In this document: positions 1 through 10,731 of the stretch, piece by piece | Numbering within the stretch: the first letter of the stretch is position 1 | Layout: every line of letters begins with the position of its first letter | Assembly (NCBI GenBank): GCA_000743035.1 | Contig: CP008936.1 | Location: 540,001-572,000 of the forward strand | Reading direction: 5' to 3' | Source of the DNA: Candidatus Paracaedimonas acanthamoebae | Lineage (GTDB): Bacteria > Pseudomonadota > Alphaproteobacteria > Caedimonadales > Caedimonadaceae | DNA: 32,000 nucleotides | Notes under the pieces: generated by a model | The model's input: only the letters and a program-made list of their open reading frames with translations | What the model was told of the DNA's origin: nothing | Databases searched by the model: none | Made by a program: the position numbers and the translations under genes

Positions 1-1
1 T

Positions 2-1258
2 AAAAAAGTCGCAATTTTTGAAATTCAAAATAGTCGTTTGATGGCTAGTGCAATTGCAAGTCGACTATTCTCAGCTCACCCGAGTATCGTTGCAGGCATT
101 ACAGGCACGAATGGTAAAACGTCGGTTGCTTCTTTTACGCGGCAACTGTGGGAACTCTTAGGGGCTAAGTCAGCTTCGCTTGGAACGTTAGGAGTTCAAG
201 GAACAAAGGTTGAGAAAAGTGGGCTTATTGATTTTTCTTATTCGACGCCAGATCCCTTGATTCTTTATCCCATCCTTGAAAATTTAAAACTGCAGGGTGT
301 GAATCATCTAGCAATGGAGGTATCCAGCCATGGGTTGGATATGTATCGTGCCGAACATGTTCAGTTCAAAGTAGCTGCTTTTACAAACCTAAGTCATGAG
401 CATCTTGATTATCACGGAACTATGGAAGCTTATTTCCAAGCAAAGGCACGCCTTTTTAAAGAGGTGTTAAGTTCGCAAGGAATAGCTGTTGTAAATGTTG
501 GGACGAATTTTGGTCAAGAAATTGCAAAAATTTGTGCGCAAAGAGGGTTGAATTTAGTCACCCTAGGTCATGAAAATAGTGATATTCATGTACAAAAAAT
601 TGTGACTGAATTGCAAGGAAATCAAATCTTTTTTAAAGCTTTTGGAAAAGCTTATAGCGTTTTTTTACCTTTGGTTGGTCAGTTTCAGGTTGAAAACGTG
701 TTAACTGCGTTTGCTATTGCGATAAGTACCGGAGCGCATTGTGAGGAAGCTATAAAGGTTTTAGAGAACCTTCAAGGTGTGAAAGGTCGCATGGAATTTG
801 TAGGTGAGTCGAAAGCCGGGGCTTCTATTTTTATTGACTATGCACATAAGCCACTGGCACTAGAAACAGTGTTAAAATCTCTTCGAGCACATACCCATGG
901 GCAAATTTTCGTTGTTTTTGGGTGCGGAGGAGATCGAGATCAAGCTAAACGTCCGATGATGGGAAAGATAGCAACTAACCATGCTAACTGTGTCATTATC
1001 ACGGATGATAACCCACGTTCTGAAGATCCTCAAGCAATCCGCCGCCAAATTTTAGAAGGTGCGCCTCATGCATATGAGATAGCTTCCAGAGAAGAAGCGA
1101 TAGCCTATGCTATTCAGAAGGCTAAAGCAGGAGATATTTGTTTAATTGCTGGAAAAGGGCATGAACAAGGCCAAATTATTGGATCTGTAAATTATCCCTT
1201 TTGTGATCGAAGCGTGGCACAAAATATACTCGCAAAGATGGAAGGAGATAGCAGATGA
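2..1258 (+). CDS. murE: UDP-N-acetylmuramoyl-L-alanyl-D-glutamate--2,6-diaminopimelate ligase (MurE), 5' end truncated by window edge
   Basis: The reading frame is open from base 2, with no stop before the first ATG/TTG. The Mur-ligase P-loop GITGTNGKTS lies only about 35 codons in, so the N-terminal domain is outside the window. The DNPR motif (ITDDNPRSEDP) is typical of meso-DAP-adding MurE. The gene sits directly upstream of murF with an ATGA overlap. Confidence 0.93.
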   Translation, partial: KKVAIFEIQNSRLMASAIASRLFSAHPSIVAGITGTNGKTSVASFTRQLWELLGAKSASLGTLGVQGTKVEKSGLIDFSYSTPDPLILYPILENLKLQGVNHLAMEVSSHGLDMYRAEHVQFKVAAFTNLSHEHLDYHGTMEAYFQAKARLFKEVLSSQGIAVVNVGTNFGQEIAKICAQRGLNLVTLGHENSDIHVQKIVTELQGNQIFFKAFGKAYSVFLPLVGQFQVENVLTAFAIAISTGAHCEEAIKVLENLQGVKGRMEFVGESKAGASIFIDYAHKPLALETVLKSLRAHTHGQIFVVFGCGGDRDQAKRPMMGKIATNHANCVIITDDNPRSEDPQAIRRQILEGAPHAYEIASREEAIAYAIQKAKAGDICLIAGKGHEQGQIIGSVNYPFCDRSVAQNILAKMEGDSR

Positions 1259-2682
1259 AGACAGTATGGTCTGCCCAAGATGTGGCGCAAGCTGTTGGAG
1301 CTGAAGCAAAGGGGAATTGGGTGGCAACAGGTGTAGGGAAAGATTCCAGAGAGTTGAACCCTGGAGATCTTTTTGTCGCTTTAAAAGGCCCTAAAGTTGA
1401 GGGAATTGAATACATTGAAGCTGCTTTTAAAGCAGGAGCTGTAGGAGCACTTGTTGATCAAGTGCCCGTGGGTTATGAAGAAGATTCTCGCCTTATTCTT
1501 GTTAAAGACACCTTAAAGGCGCTTAATGATTTAGCGAGCGCTGCTCGTGCTCGCTCGCAAGCAAAAGTTGTTGCAATTACAGGAAGTTTTGGCAAAACAG
1601 GGACGAAAGATGCAACAGCACTCTTATTAGGTCATTTTGGTTCCGTGCAAGCAAGCGAACGGAGTTTTAATAATCATTGGGGTGTTCCTTTTACTGTCTC
1701 AAATATTGCACCAAACCTTGATTTTGCTGTCATTGAGATGGGTATGAATCATGCGGGTGAGATTGCGCCCTTATCAAAGGTTTCGCGTCCTCATGTTGCC
1801 CTCATCACAACAATTCGAGAAATGCATATCGAGCATTTAGGGTCTCTAGAAAACATTGCGGCTGAGAAGGCTGAGATTTTTGCAGGGATGGCAGAGGGAG
1901 GGACCGCTGTTCTCAATCATGATGATCATATGTTTCCGCAAGTGGTGGCCGCGGCTAAAGCTAAAAAACTTAAAATTATTACTTTTGGATATCATCAGGA
2001 TGCAGATTGCCGTTTAATAAAATGCATGATGGATGAAGGATGGCTTTGGGCTGAAGCGATGATTGATGGTACAATTTTCTCCTATCGTATTCCTGCGGCT
2101 GGTGAACATTGGGCGCTTAATAGTTTAGGTGTTCTTGGCGTGATGAAGGCTTTAGATTTAAATGTCATAGAAGCATCAAAAGTATTTTTGAACTTAATTT
2201 TACCTGAGGGACGAGGTGTGCAGCATCAAGTAAAATTAGAACATGGCTATATTACAGTGATTGATGAAAGTTATAACGCAGGACCAGATTCAATGCGAGC
2301 AGCTCTTAAAGTGCTTGGTACTTTAGTGCCCCAAGGGACAGGGAGAAGAATAGCAATCTTAGGGGATATGCGAGAATTAGGGCCTAAAGCCCAAGAAATT
2401 CACGAAGGGCTTAAAACAGATTTAATCGCAAATAAAGTTGATCTTGTTTTTACTTGTGGCGAGAAAATGGAACATCTTCACCGTAGCCTTCCTGAGGGGA
2501 TGAGAGGAGCGCATACTTTAGAAGTTGCCGATCTTGTACCTACTGTTACCAGGTGTGCGCAAGTAGGAGATATTTTTATGGTTAAAGGTTCTAAGGGGCA
2601 GTATGCACATCGAGGGCGCATGTATGCTTTTGTAGAAGCCCTCTTAAATCTTGGTCATAAAGCTACTGCAATTGGTATTTAA
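1255..2682 (+). CDS. murF: UDP-N-acetylmuramoyl-tripeptide--D-alanyl-D-alanine ligase (MurF)
   Basis: Mur-ligase P-loop [12 protein letters not shown]. Canonical dcw position between murE and mraY. The ATG overlaps the murE stop (ATGA). Confidence 0.93.
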   Translation: MKTVWSAQDVAQAVGAEAKGNWVATGVGKDSRELNPGDLFVALKGPKVEGIEYIEAAFKAGAVGALVDQVPVGYEEDSRLILVKDTLKALNDLASAARARSQAKVVAITGSFGKTGTKDATALLLGHFGSVQASERSFNNHWGVPFTVSNIAPNLDFAVIEMGMNHAGEIAPLSKVSRPHVALITTIREMHIEHLGSLENIAAEKAEIFAGMAEGGTAVLNHDDHMFPQVVAAAKAKKLKIITFGYHQDADCRLIKCMMDEGWLWAEAMIDGTIFSYRIPAAGEHWALNSLGVLGVMKALDLNVIEASKVFLNLILPEGRGVQHQVKLEHGYITVIDESYNAGPDSMRAALKVLGTLVPQGTGRRIAILGDMRELGPKAQEIHEGLKTDLIANKVDLVFTCGEKMEHLHRSLPEGMRGAHTLEVADLVPTVTRCAQVGDIFMVKGSKGQYAHRGRMYAFVEALLNLGHKATAIGI

Positions 2683-2684
2683 TC

Positions 2685-3773
2685 ATGTTTTATCATTTCC
2701 TTTATCCTTACGCGCCAATTTTCCAACCATTTAATATTTTCCGCTATATTACTTTTAGGACTGGCGGGGCTATTTTAACAGCTCTTCTTATTAGCTTTAT
2801 TTTTGGTCCCAAATTTATTCGTTGGCTTAAAAGTAAACAGGGTGAGGGTCAGCCCATTCGTGAGGATGGTCCAGCATCTCACTTAGTGACGAAAAAAGGG
2901 ACACCCACGATGGGGGGAGGGCTTATCCTTTTTGCTATTAGTTTTAGTGTCTTATTATGGGCGAATCTAACAGACCCTTACATATGGTCTGTGTTGTTTG
3001 TAACTTTAGGATTTGGAATATTAGGTAGTATAGATGACTACTTGAAGTTAACTAAGAGAAATTCAAAAGGACTTTCTGGTAGAAAGAAGCTTGTGTATCA
3101 AGGGCTTATCTCAAGCATTGCTTTAATCCTTATCTTGCGGGTTAGCCCAGATGAATTAACGACAATTGTATCCATACCGTTTTTTAAAAATATAGGGTTA
3201 GATCTTGGATGGATTTTTATTCCTTTTGCACTATGCGTGATGATTGGATCTTCTAATGCGGTCAATCTAACAGATGGACTTGATGGTTTGGCAATTGGTT
3301 CAGTCATGATAGCCGCTTTATGTTTTACTCTTATTACCTATTTAGTTGGGAATCATGTATTTGCTAACTACCTTCAAATTCCCTATGTTTCAGGAGCCGG
3401 TGAGCTTGCTGTAATATGTGGGGCTATTGTTGGAGCAAGTTTAGGATTTTTATGGTTTAATGCACCTCCTGCTCAAGTTTTTATGGGAGATACAGGGTCT
3501 CTGGCACTCGGAGGCGCTCTTGGTACAATAAGTATTATTACAAAACATGAACTTGTGCTCTCTATTATTGGGGGCCTTTTTGTTTTAGAAGCTGTTTCGG
3601 TCATTTTACAAGTTGGCTACTATAAAATGACAAAAAAACGTATTTTTCTTATGGCACCAATTCACCATCATTTTGAAAAAAAAGGATGGACTGAGCAAAC
3701 AATCGTGATTCGTTTCTGGATTATTGCAACTACTCTGGCTCTTATTGGTCTTTCTACATTAAAGTTAAGATAA
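2685..3773 (+). CDS. mraY: phospho-N-acetylmuramoyl-pentapeptide transferase (MraY)
   Basis: Polytopic membrane protein with MraY motifs [25 protein letters not shown] and PIHHHFE. Starts 2 nt after the murF stop. Confidence 0.95.
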   Translation: MFYHFLYPYAPIFQPFNIFRYITFRTGGAILTALLISFIFGPKFIRWLKSKQGEGQPIREDGPASHLVTKKGTPTMGGGLILFAISFSVLLWANLTDPYIWSVLFVTLGFGILGSIDDYLKLTKRNSKGLSGRKKLVYQGLISSIALILILRVSPDELTTIVSIPFFKNIGLDLGWIFIPFALCVMIGSSNAVNLTDGLDGLAIGSVMIAALCFTLITYLVGNHVFANYLQIPYVSGAGELAVICGAIVGASLGFLWFNAPPAQVFMGDTGSLALGGALGTISIITKHELVLSIIGGLFVLEAVSVILQVGYYKMTKKRIFLMAPIHHHFEKKGWTEQTIVIRFWIIATTLALIGLSTLKLR

Positions 3774-3774
3774 G

Positions 3775-5157
3775 ATGATAAAAGTCACAGGATTTGAAAA
3801 TCAGAAAGTTGCCATTCTTGGTCTAGGGCGGACCGGGAGTTCTGCTGCTTTAGCTCTTAAATCAGGAAACGCTCAAGTCTTTTCTTGGGATGATAAGATC
3901 GATGCGCGTCTGCAAGCAGAGACTCATGGAGTGCCCATTTTTGATTTAGCAGCCCTTGAATGGGATCAAATTTCAGTGTTGCTCTTAAGTCCAGGAATTG
4001 CTGCCTCTCATCCATATGCTGTGAAAGCAAGCCAAGCAGGCGTTCCAATTATTTGTGATATTGAATTGCTTGTGCGTACGCACCAAGGATCTAATTTCAT
4101 TGGGGTTACCGGCACGAATGGTAAATCAACAACGACATGGCTTATTTTTCATCTTCTAAAGGCATCTAACCATCAAGTTGAAGTGGGTGGCAATATCGGT
4201 AAAGCCGCATTAGACTTGAAAGCTTTAGGGAAAAATGAGACCTATGTACTTGAATTGTCTTCTTACCAACTTGAAAGAATTTTCACGCCTTTCTTAAAGA
4301 CAGTGGTTCTTTTAAATATTACGCCAGATCACCTAGAGCGGCATGGTGATATGTCTGGATATGTGAGAGCTAAAAAACGGATTTTTGAGCTTCAAAGGGG
4401 GGGGCAAAATGTTGTCATTGGTGTTGATGATGAAGAATGCTTATCTCTATATCACAAGCTTTTAGAAAAGAAAACGCATGTGATTGTCCCTGTCTCTATA
4501 AAAACACGAGTTCCAAAAGGGGTATATGTTCTAGATGGGATCTTAATTGATGATCGAGAAGGTAAGGCAGAAAGAATTTTAAATTTAAAAACACTTCATG
4601 CTTTGCCTGGAAGCCATAATTGGCAGAATATTGCCGCTGCTTATGCGACAGTCTGTTTTGAAGGAGTTAGCAAAGAACAGTTTATAGAGGCTCTTCAAAC
4701 ATTTCAAAACCTTCCTCATCGTCTTCAGGAAGTTGCTGTCATTGATGGGATACACTTTATTAATGACAGTAAAGCCACAAATAGTGATGCGACTGCAAAA
4801 GCGTTAGCTTGTTATAATGAAGATATTTTTTGGATTCTTGGAGGACGGGCAAAAGACAATGGTCTTGATGGGCTTGAACAATACTTTCCACGCATCCAAC
4901 AGGCTTTTTTAATCGGTGAAGCAGAATCTCAATTTGCAAAACTGTTAGATGGAAAAGTTTCGTATCTTCGGTGTCACAACCTTTCAACAGCAGTTCAAGA
5001 AGCCTATTTCAAAGCGGTTTCTTATGAGAAGCGCCCTGTTTATATTTTGCTTTCTCCAGCTTGTGCAAGCTGGGATCAATTTAAGGATTTTGAGCATCGA
5101 GGGGAAGTTTTTAAAGCTTTAGTAAGCAGATTACCTAGAAAGTTAAGTATATCATGA
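3775..5157 (+). CDS. murD: UDP-N-acetylmuramoylalanine--D-glutamate ligase (MurD)
   Basis: N-terminal Rossmann-like VAILGLGRTGSSAA, P-loop GVTGTNGKSTT, and dcw position after mraY. Confidence 0.93.
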   Translation: MIKVTGFENQKVAILGLGRTGSSAALALKSGNAQVFSWDDKIDARLQAETHGVPIFDLAALEWDQISVLLLSPGIAASHPYAVKASQAGVPIICDIELLVRTHQGSNFIGVTGTNGKSTTTWLIFHLLKASNHQVEVGGNIGKAALDLKALGKNETYVLELSSYQLERIFTPFLKTVVLLNITPDHLERHGDMSGYVRAKKRIFELQRGGQNVVIGVDDEECLSLYHKLLEKKTHVIVPVSIKTRVPKGVYVLDGILIDDREGKAERILNLKTLHALPGSHNWQNIAAAYATVCFEGVSKEQFIEALQTFQNLPHRLQEVAVIDGIHFINDSKATNSDATAKALACYNEDIFWILGGRAKDNGLDGLEQYFPRIQQAFLIGEAESQFAKLLDGKVSYLRCHNLSTAVQEAYFKAVSYEKRPVYILLSPACASWDQFKDFEHRGEVFKALVSRLPRKLSIS

Positions 5158-6293
5158 CGGCGCCCTTTGCACGAACAGATAATAGCTTATTAGGTCGCTG
5201 GTGGTGGACGGTTGATCATTGGTTATTAGCGACAGTTAGCTTTTTGCTTGGGATAGGATTTTTTTTGACCATGGCTGCAAGCCCTGCTGTGGCTGAGCGC
5301 CTTCATTTGGACTCTTTTTATTTTGTAAAGCGTCATGCTCTTTATTTAATTCCTGTTTTTGCGATTATCTTTTTTGTCTCTACAATGAATATTCAAAAAA
5401 TTCGTCGTTTTTCTTTTATTGTTTATGTTATAGGCATCCTTTTTTTAATAGTTACATATTTTTTTGGCGTTGAAATTAAAGGAGCACGCCGCTGGTTAAG
5501 TTTTGGAGGTTTTTCAATTCAACCTTCAGAGTTTATTAAACCAGCTGTTGTTGTTTTAAGTGCTTGGATGTTAGCAGAGCGTGAGGTTAACTCGCAATTT
5601 CCTGGAAATGTTTTGGCTTTGTTTTTTTATGGGTTTGCTGTTGTTTTATTGCTTTTACAGCCTGATATGGGGATGGTTGTTTTAATGACAATCACGATGT
5701 TTGGGCAGCTTTTCCTGGCAGGACTTCCTGTTTTATGGGTTTTAATTACGGCTATTTTAAGCGTCGGTGGGTTATTTGGAGCTTACTTTCTTTTCCCCCA
5801 TGTTACTCAGCGAATTGATCGATTTTTAGATCGTGATACTGGTGATAAATATTCTGATCGTTATCAAATTACACAATCCTTAGAAGCCTTTATGAATGGA
5901 GGTTTTTTAGGGCAAGGTCCAGGCGAGGGAACCATCAAAAAACATTTACCTGACGCACATGCTGATTTCATCTATGCTGTGGCTGCTGAAGAGTTTGGGT
6001 TTGTTCTTTGTATAGTTATCTTAGGGCTTTTTGCCTTTCTTGTTTTAAGAACAATTAGTCGTATGCTTAATGAAAACAATTTTTTCATTGTGATTGCCGT
6101 GTCAGGACTCATTATGGAGTTAGGAATCCAAGCAATGATTAATATTGCCTCCACTTTAAGTCTTATTCCCACCAAAGGAATGACGCTTCCTTTTATCAGT
6201 TATGGAGGATCTTCGATGTTGGCTCTGGCCATGGGGTTTGGGATGGTTCTTGGCTTAACGCGCCGCCGTTTACAAGGAGAAGACCAACTATGA
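5154..6293 (+). CDS. ftsW: SEDS-family peptidoglycan glycosyltransferase / lipid II-associated division protein FtsW
   Basis: Multi-TM FtsW/RodA/SpoVE-like protein (DFIYAVAAEEFGF, PTKGMTLPFISYGGSS). Lies between murD and murG, with ATGA overlaps on both sides. Confidence 0.9.
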   Translation: MTAPFARTDNSLLGRWWWTVDHWLLATVSFLLGIGFFLTMAASPAVAERLHLDSFYFVKRHALYLIPVFAIIFFVSTMNIQKIRRFSFIVYVIGILFLIVTYFFGVEIKGARRWLSFGGFSIQPSEFIKPAVVVLSAWMLAEREVNSQFPGNVLALFFYGFAVVLLLLQPDMGMVVLMTITMFGQLFLAGLPVLWVLITAILSVGGLFGAYFLFPHVTQRIDRFLDRDTGDKYSDRYQITQSLEAFMNGGFLGQGPGEGTIKKHLPDAHADFIYAVAAEEFGFVLCIVILGLFAFLVLRTISRMLNENNFFIVIAVSGLIMELGIQAMINIASTLSLIPTKGMTLPFISYGGSSMLALAMGFGMVLGLTRRRLQGEDQL

Positions 6294-7411
6294 AAAAACC
6301 CATTATCATTATTGGTGCAGGAACAGGAGGGCATGTATTTCCAGCTATTTCACTTGCCGAAACTCTTACGGCAAAAGGAGAACAAGTTTTTATTTTAACA
6401 GATTCTCGAGCTTTTTCTTATTGGCCTGAAACTTGGAAGAATATCAAACTTCTTCCTATTCGACCTTTACGAAAGAGCTTAAAAGGCATTTTTACATTTA
6501 TTATTTCTCTGCTTACTTCTTTCTTTTTATGTTTTCGGTGGTTTTGGCGTATTAAGCCTTCAGCTGTTGTTGCTTTTGGAGGTTATCCCACTATACCAGC
6601 TCTTGGTGTTGCATTTTTTTTAAGATCTCCCGTGGTTCTACATGAACAAAATGCTGTGGTAGGACGAGTGAATTATTTATTTTCGCGTTTTGCAAAATGC
6701 CTTGCGTTTTCTTGGCCTGAAACCAAGAATTTACCTTCATATTCTTCTTTAAAACTTTTGATGACCGGTCTGCCGGTAAGGCGTACCATCGCTGAGCTTC
6801 ATAAGCGCCGTTATCATCCACCTCAAAAAAATGAAACTTTGAAAGTCTTAATTCTTGGAGGGAGTCAAGGCGCCCAAGTGTTTAATACACTCATTCCCGA
6901 AACAATAAGTCTCTTATCTAAAAATTTTCAGCGTCGGCTAGAGATTTTCCATCAATGTCGTCAAGAGATGTTACCAGCCGTAAAGTTAGCTTACCAAAAA
7001 ACCAATGTTAGCGTTGATCTTCAATCTTTTTTTAGGGATATTCCAGAACTTCTTTCAACGGTAAATTTTGTTATCAGTCGCTCAGGTGCTTCGACACTTG
7101 GAGAAGTTGCAACGGCAGGACTTCCTGCAATCTTCATCCCTTATCAACAAGCAAAAGATGATCATCAAACAGCGAATGCTTTAAATTTTGGGAGGAGAGG
7201 AGCTGCTTGGGTCATTCCTCAATCACAGTTTACCCTAAGTAGGCTTAAATATATGTTTGAAGCAGCGCTAGAAAATCCAGAAATTCTTCTTGCAGCGAGT
7301 GAAGCTTCAAATTGTCTTAAAAGTCATGAAGCTAGCCAGAAATTAGCAGATTTAATTTCGAAAATGATCTTAACACAAAATATAGCAAGCAAAAGGACTA
7401 AAATTTTATGA
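6290..7411 (+). CDS. murG: undecaprenyldiphospho-muramoylpentapeptide beta-N-acetylglucosaminyltransferase (MurG)
   Basis: N-terminal G-loop IIGAGTGGHVFPA, C-terminal GT-B motifs (ISRSGASTLGEVA, DDHQTANA), and dcw position. Confidence 0.93.
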   Translation: MKKPIIIIGAGTGGHVFPAISLAETLTAKGEQVFILTDSRAFSYWPETWKNIKLLPIRPLRKSLKGIFTFIISLLTSFFLCFRWFWRIKPSAVVAFGGYPTIPALGVAFFLRSPVVLHEQNAVVGRVNYLFSRFAKCLAFSWPETKNLPSYSSLKLLMTGLPVRRTIAELHKRRYHPPQKNETLKVLILGGSQGAQVFNTLIPETISLLSKNFQRRLEIFHQCRQEMLPAVKLAYQKTNVSVDLQSFFRDIPELLSTVNFVISRSGASTLGEVATAGLPAIFIPYQQAKDDHQTANALNFGRRGAAWVIPQSQFTLSRLKYMFEAALENPEILLAASEASNCLKSHEASQKLADLISKMILTQNIASKRTKIL

Positions 7412-8883
7412 GAATGTGCCCACAGTCAGTTGGAGTCATCCATTTTATAGGGATTGGCGGTATTGGGATGAGCGGTATTGCTGAGGTGCTTCATAGCCTT
7501 AACTATTCAGTACGAGGCAGTGATTTAACCGAAAATGCCAACGTGCATCGTTTAAAGAAGCTTGGCATCCCTGTTTTTATAGGACATGCAGCGAATCAAG
7601 TCGAAGATGCGGCGCTTATTGTTGTGTCCTCAGATATAAAGCCAGATAATATCGAGCTACTGCAAGCGCGAGTTTTATCTTTACCTGTCGTGCGGCGGGC
7701 AGAAATGCTTGCAGAACTGATGCGCTTAAAACCTTCAATTGCTGTTGCTGGAACTCATGGGAAGACTTCAACGACTTCGTTAGGGGCGACAGTGCTTGAA
7801 GCTGGAGGTCTTGACCCCACCGTTGTCAGTGGAGGCATTATCAATGCTTATGGAACGAATGCTCGGCTTGGTTCTGGCGATTGGATTATTGTTGAAGCCG
7901 ATGAATCGGATGGAACTTTCACCAAGCTTCCTGCAACGCATGCTATTGTCACCAATATCGATCCTGAGCATATGAGCCATTATGGTTCTTTCTATGCTCT
8001 TAAAGAGGCTTTTTATAGTTTTCTATCAAATATCCCTTTTTATGGCTTAGGGATTGTTTGCATAGATCATCCTGAGATTCGGGCAATGTTACCGCATCTT
8101 ACAGATAGGCGTGTTGTTACTTATGGATTATCTCAAGATGCAGACATTAGAGCAGAGCATATTGAATTTAATAGTTTTGGTTCTCAGTTTGATGTTCGTA
8201 TTTCTGAGCGGTTTTTAACGATTTGTAAGAATGCTGTACGCATAAATCATCTTCCTCGTATACATCTTTCGATGTTTGGTGAGCACAATGTTCAAAATGC
8301 CCTGTCAATCTTGGCGCTTGCTTTAGAGTTAGGAATTGATCCCACTGCAATTAATAAAGGTTTTTCAAACTTTGAAGGGGTTAAACGGCGTTTTACCAAA
8401 ACAGGGGAAGCTCATGGGATTACGATTATTGATGATTATGCTCACCATCCTATAGAAATAGAAGCCGTTCTAAAAACAGCTCGGCAAGTTTCGCAAGGAA
8501 AAATTATTGCTGTTTTACAGCCACATCGTTATTCGCGATTAAAAGAACTTTATGAGAGCTTTTGTACTTGCTTTAAAGATGCAGATCATGTGATTGTAAC
8601 GCCTGTATATGCAGCTGGTGAAGAGCCTATAATCGCTTTACATCATGTACAATTAGCAAGTGATATCATGAAACAAAGTCACAAGAAAGTCGTTGCCATT
8701 CAAGGGCAAGAGGAGCTAGCTTCTACAATTATGACGTTAGGACATTCAGGAGATATGGTTGTTTGTTTAGGAGCGGGAAGTATTTCTTCTTGGGCACAAG
8801 CTTTACCTGAAGAATTAAAACAATGGGATAAACAAGATTATTTAGCTGATATATTGACTAAAAGGGGAGATATAAATGGGTAA
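7408..8883 (+). CDS. murC: UDP-N-acetylmuramate--L-alanine ligase (MurC)
   Basis: IHFIGIGGIGMSGIAEVL N-terminus, P-loop AVAGTHGKTSTTS, DDYAHHP motif. ATGA overlap with murG. Confidence 0.93.
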   Translation: MRMCPQSVGVIHFIGIGGIGMSGIAEVLHSLNYSVRGSDLTENANVHRLKKLGIPVFIGHAANQVEDAALIVVSSDIKPDNIELLQARVLSLPVVRRAEMLAELMRLKPSIAVAGTHGKTSTTSLGATVLEAGGLDPTVVSGGIINAYGTNARLGSGDWIIVEADESDGTFTKLPATHAIVTNIDPEHMSHYGSFYALKEAFYSFLSNIPFYGLGIVCIDHPEIRAMLPHLTDRRVVTYGLSQDADIRAEHIEFNSFGSQFDVRISERFLTICKNAVRINHLPRIHLSMFGEHNVQNALSILALALELGIDPTAINKGFSNFEGVKRRFTKTGEAHGITIIDDYAHHPIEIEAVLKTARQVSQGKIIAVLQPHRYSRLKELYESFCTCFKDADHVIVTPVYAAGEEPIIALHHVQLASDIMKQSHKKVVAIQGQEELASTIMTLGHSGDMVVCLGAGSISSWAQALPEELKQWDKQDYLADILTKRGDING

Positions 8884-9808
8884 GTTGAACACTATTATAG
8901 AAAAATTACCTTCTATCCGAGGCCGGTATACGGAAGGGCCTGAGCTTTCAAGACTCACATGGTTTCGTGTTGGAGGACCTGCAGAAGTCCTCTATAAACC
9001 TGCTGATTTGGAGGATTTAAGTTTCTTCCTGAAGCATAAAACTAAGGAGATACCGGCTTTAACAATTGGAGTTGGTTCAAATCTTTTAATTCGAGATGGG
9101 GGTATCCCAGGCGTTGTCGTTCGATTGCAAGGGTTTAATAATATTGTTGTTCAAGGAAATGAAATTGAAGTTGGTGCTGGTGTCCTAGACCGTACGCTTG
9201 CTCTTGTCGCTCAAGAAGAAGGTTTGCAAAATTTGGAATTCTTAGCGGGTATCCCAGGCACTATTGGCGGGGCTTTACGTATGAATGCAGGTTGTTATGG
9301 AATAGAAATAAAGGATATTCTTGTTTCAGCTCTTGCTGTTGATAACCAAGGAAAAATTCATAAATTGACGCCTGAAGATATGGGCTTCTCTTATCGTCAC
9401 TGTAAGATCCCTCAAGATTGGATTTTTGTGGGGGCAAGATTTAAGGCAAAATCAGGTGATTCCCAAGAGATTGCAGCACGCATGGAGAAACTTCTCACAG
9501 AACGTGAAGATGCTCAACCTGTAAAATCTCGAACTGGAGGGAGCACTTTTGCGAATCCCGAAGGATATAAAGCATGGGAACTTATTGATAAGGCTGGGGG
9601 GCGTGGCCTAAAAATAGGTGGAGCTCAAGTATCTGAAAAACATTGTAATTTTCTTATCAATACAGGAGACGCAACAGCAGAAGACCTGGAGCTTTTAGGA
9701 GAAACTATAAGAGCCCGAGTTTTAGAGAATTCTGGCATTGATCTTCGGTGGGAAATTGTACGCATGGGTTTTAACAAAAATTATGAAGTGAAAGCAAAAG
9801 CTGCATGA
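8876..9808 (+). CDS. murB: UDP-N-acetylenolpyruvoylglucosamine reductase (MurB)
   Basis: FAD-binding-type N-terminus (TWFRVGGPAE, GVGSNLLIRDGG) and C-terminal RTGGSTFANP and EKHCNFLIN motifs. Overlaps the murC stop by 8 nt. Confidence 0.92.
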   Translation: MGKLNTIIEKLPSIRGRYTEGPELSRLTWFRVGGPAEVLYKPADLEDLSFFLKHKTKEIPALTIGVGSNLLIRDGGIPGVVVRLQGFNNIVVQGNEIEVGAGVLDRTLALVAQEEGLQNLEFLAGIPGTIGGALRMNAGCYGIEIKDILVSALAVDNQGKIHKLTPEDMGFSYRHCKIPQDWIFVGARFKAKSGDSQEIAARMEKLLTEREDAQPVKSRTGGSTFANPEGYKAWELIDKAGGRGLKIGGAQVSEKHCNFLINTGDATAEDLELLGETIRARVLENSGIDLRWEIVRMGFNKNYEVKAKAA

Positions 9809-10731
9809 TTAAAATGAAGAAGAGAGTTGCCGTCTTGATGGGCGGATGGAATGGGGAGCGCGATGTATCTTTATCGAGTGGTCGTGGGGTTGTCACGGCT
9901 TTGCAAGAACGAGGATATGATGTTGTTCCTATTGAACTGACTCGTAATTTACCTTCCCTCCTTGAGTTGCTGGATCCTAAGCCTGATGTTCTTTTTATGT
10001 GTGCTCTCCATGGGAAGTGGGTTGAGGATGGCTGTTTGCAAGGTATGCTTGAAATCATGGGCATCCCTTATACAAATTCAAGTCCTTTGGCATCAGCCCT
10101 TGCGATGGACAAGCCGATGGCTTTAAGAATGTTTCGAGAGGCTGAAATTCCCTGTCCAGACGGAAAAGTAGTAAAATTAACAGATCTTCTGAAAGGGGAC
10201 ATTTTATCTTTTCCTTATGTGATTAAACCTCTTCGAGAAGGTTCAAGTTTAGGGGTACATATTATTCACAATAGAAAAGATCTCTTAAAAGCTGAAGAAA
10301 CATGGCAATATGGTGATCAATGCTTGGTAGAGCCCTATATTCCTGGTCGAGAAATTCAAGTGGCAATTCTAGGTGACCGTGCGATAGGCGCTATTGAGAT
10401 CCGGCCAAAAGAGGGTTTTTATGATTACAATGCAAAGTATATTGACGGTTATACCGAACATATCATGCCTGCAGGAATCCCTGAAAAAGATTATCAAAAA
10501 GCTTTAGAATTAAGCCTAAAAGCACATAGAACGCTAGGGTGCGAGGGTGTGACGAGAGTAGACCTACGATACGATGATACGCAAAATCCTGCTAAATTTT
10601 ATGTTCTTGAGGTTAACACCCAACCTGGGTTGACGCCTTTATCATTAGTGCCTGAAATTGCGGCATATCATGGGATGAATTATGGAGACTTATTAGAATG
10701 GATGATCGAAAATCCACGATGTCCTCATTAA
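9805..10731 (+). CDS. ddl: D-alanine--D-alanine ligase
   Basis: VAVLMGGWNGERDVSLSSG N-terminus and ATP-grasp core (KPLREGSSLGV, LEVNTQPGLTPLS). ATGA overlap with murB. Confidence 0.93.
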   Translation: MIKMKKRVAVLMGGWNGERDVSLSSGRGVVTALQERGYDVVPIELTRNLPSLLELLDPKPDVLFMCALHGKWVEDGCLQGMLEIMGIPYTNSSPLASALAMDKPMALRMFREAEIPCPDGKVVKLTDLLKGDILSFPYVIKPLREGSSLGVHIIHNRKDLLKAEETWQYGDQCLVEPYIPGREIQVAILGDRAIGAIEIRPKEGFYDYNAKYIDGYTEHIMPAGIPEKDYQKALELSLKAHRTLGCEGVTRVDLRYDDTQNPAKFYVLEVNTQPGLTPLSLVPEIAAYHGMNYGDLLEWMIENPRCPH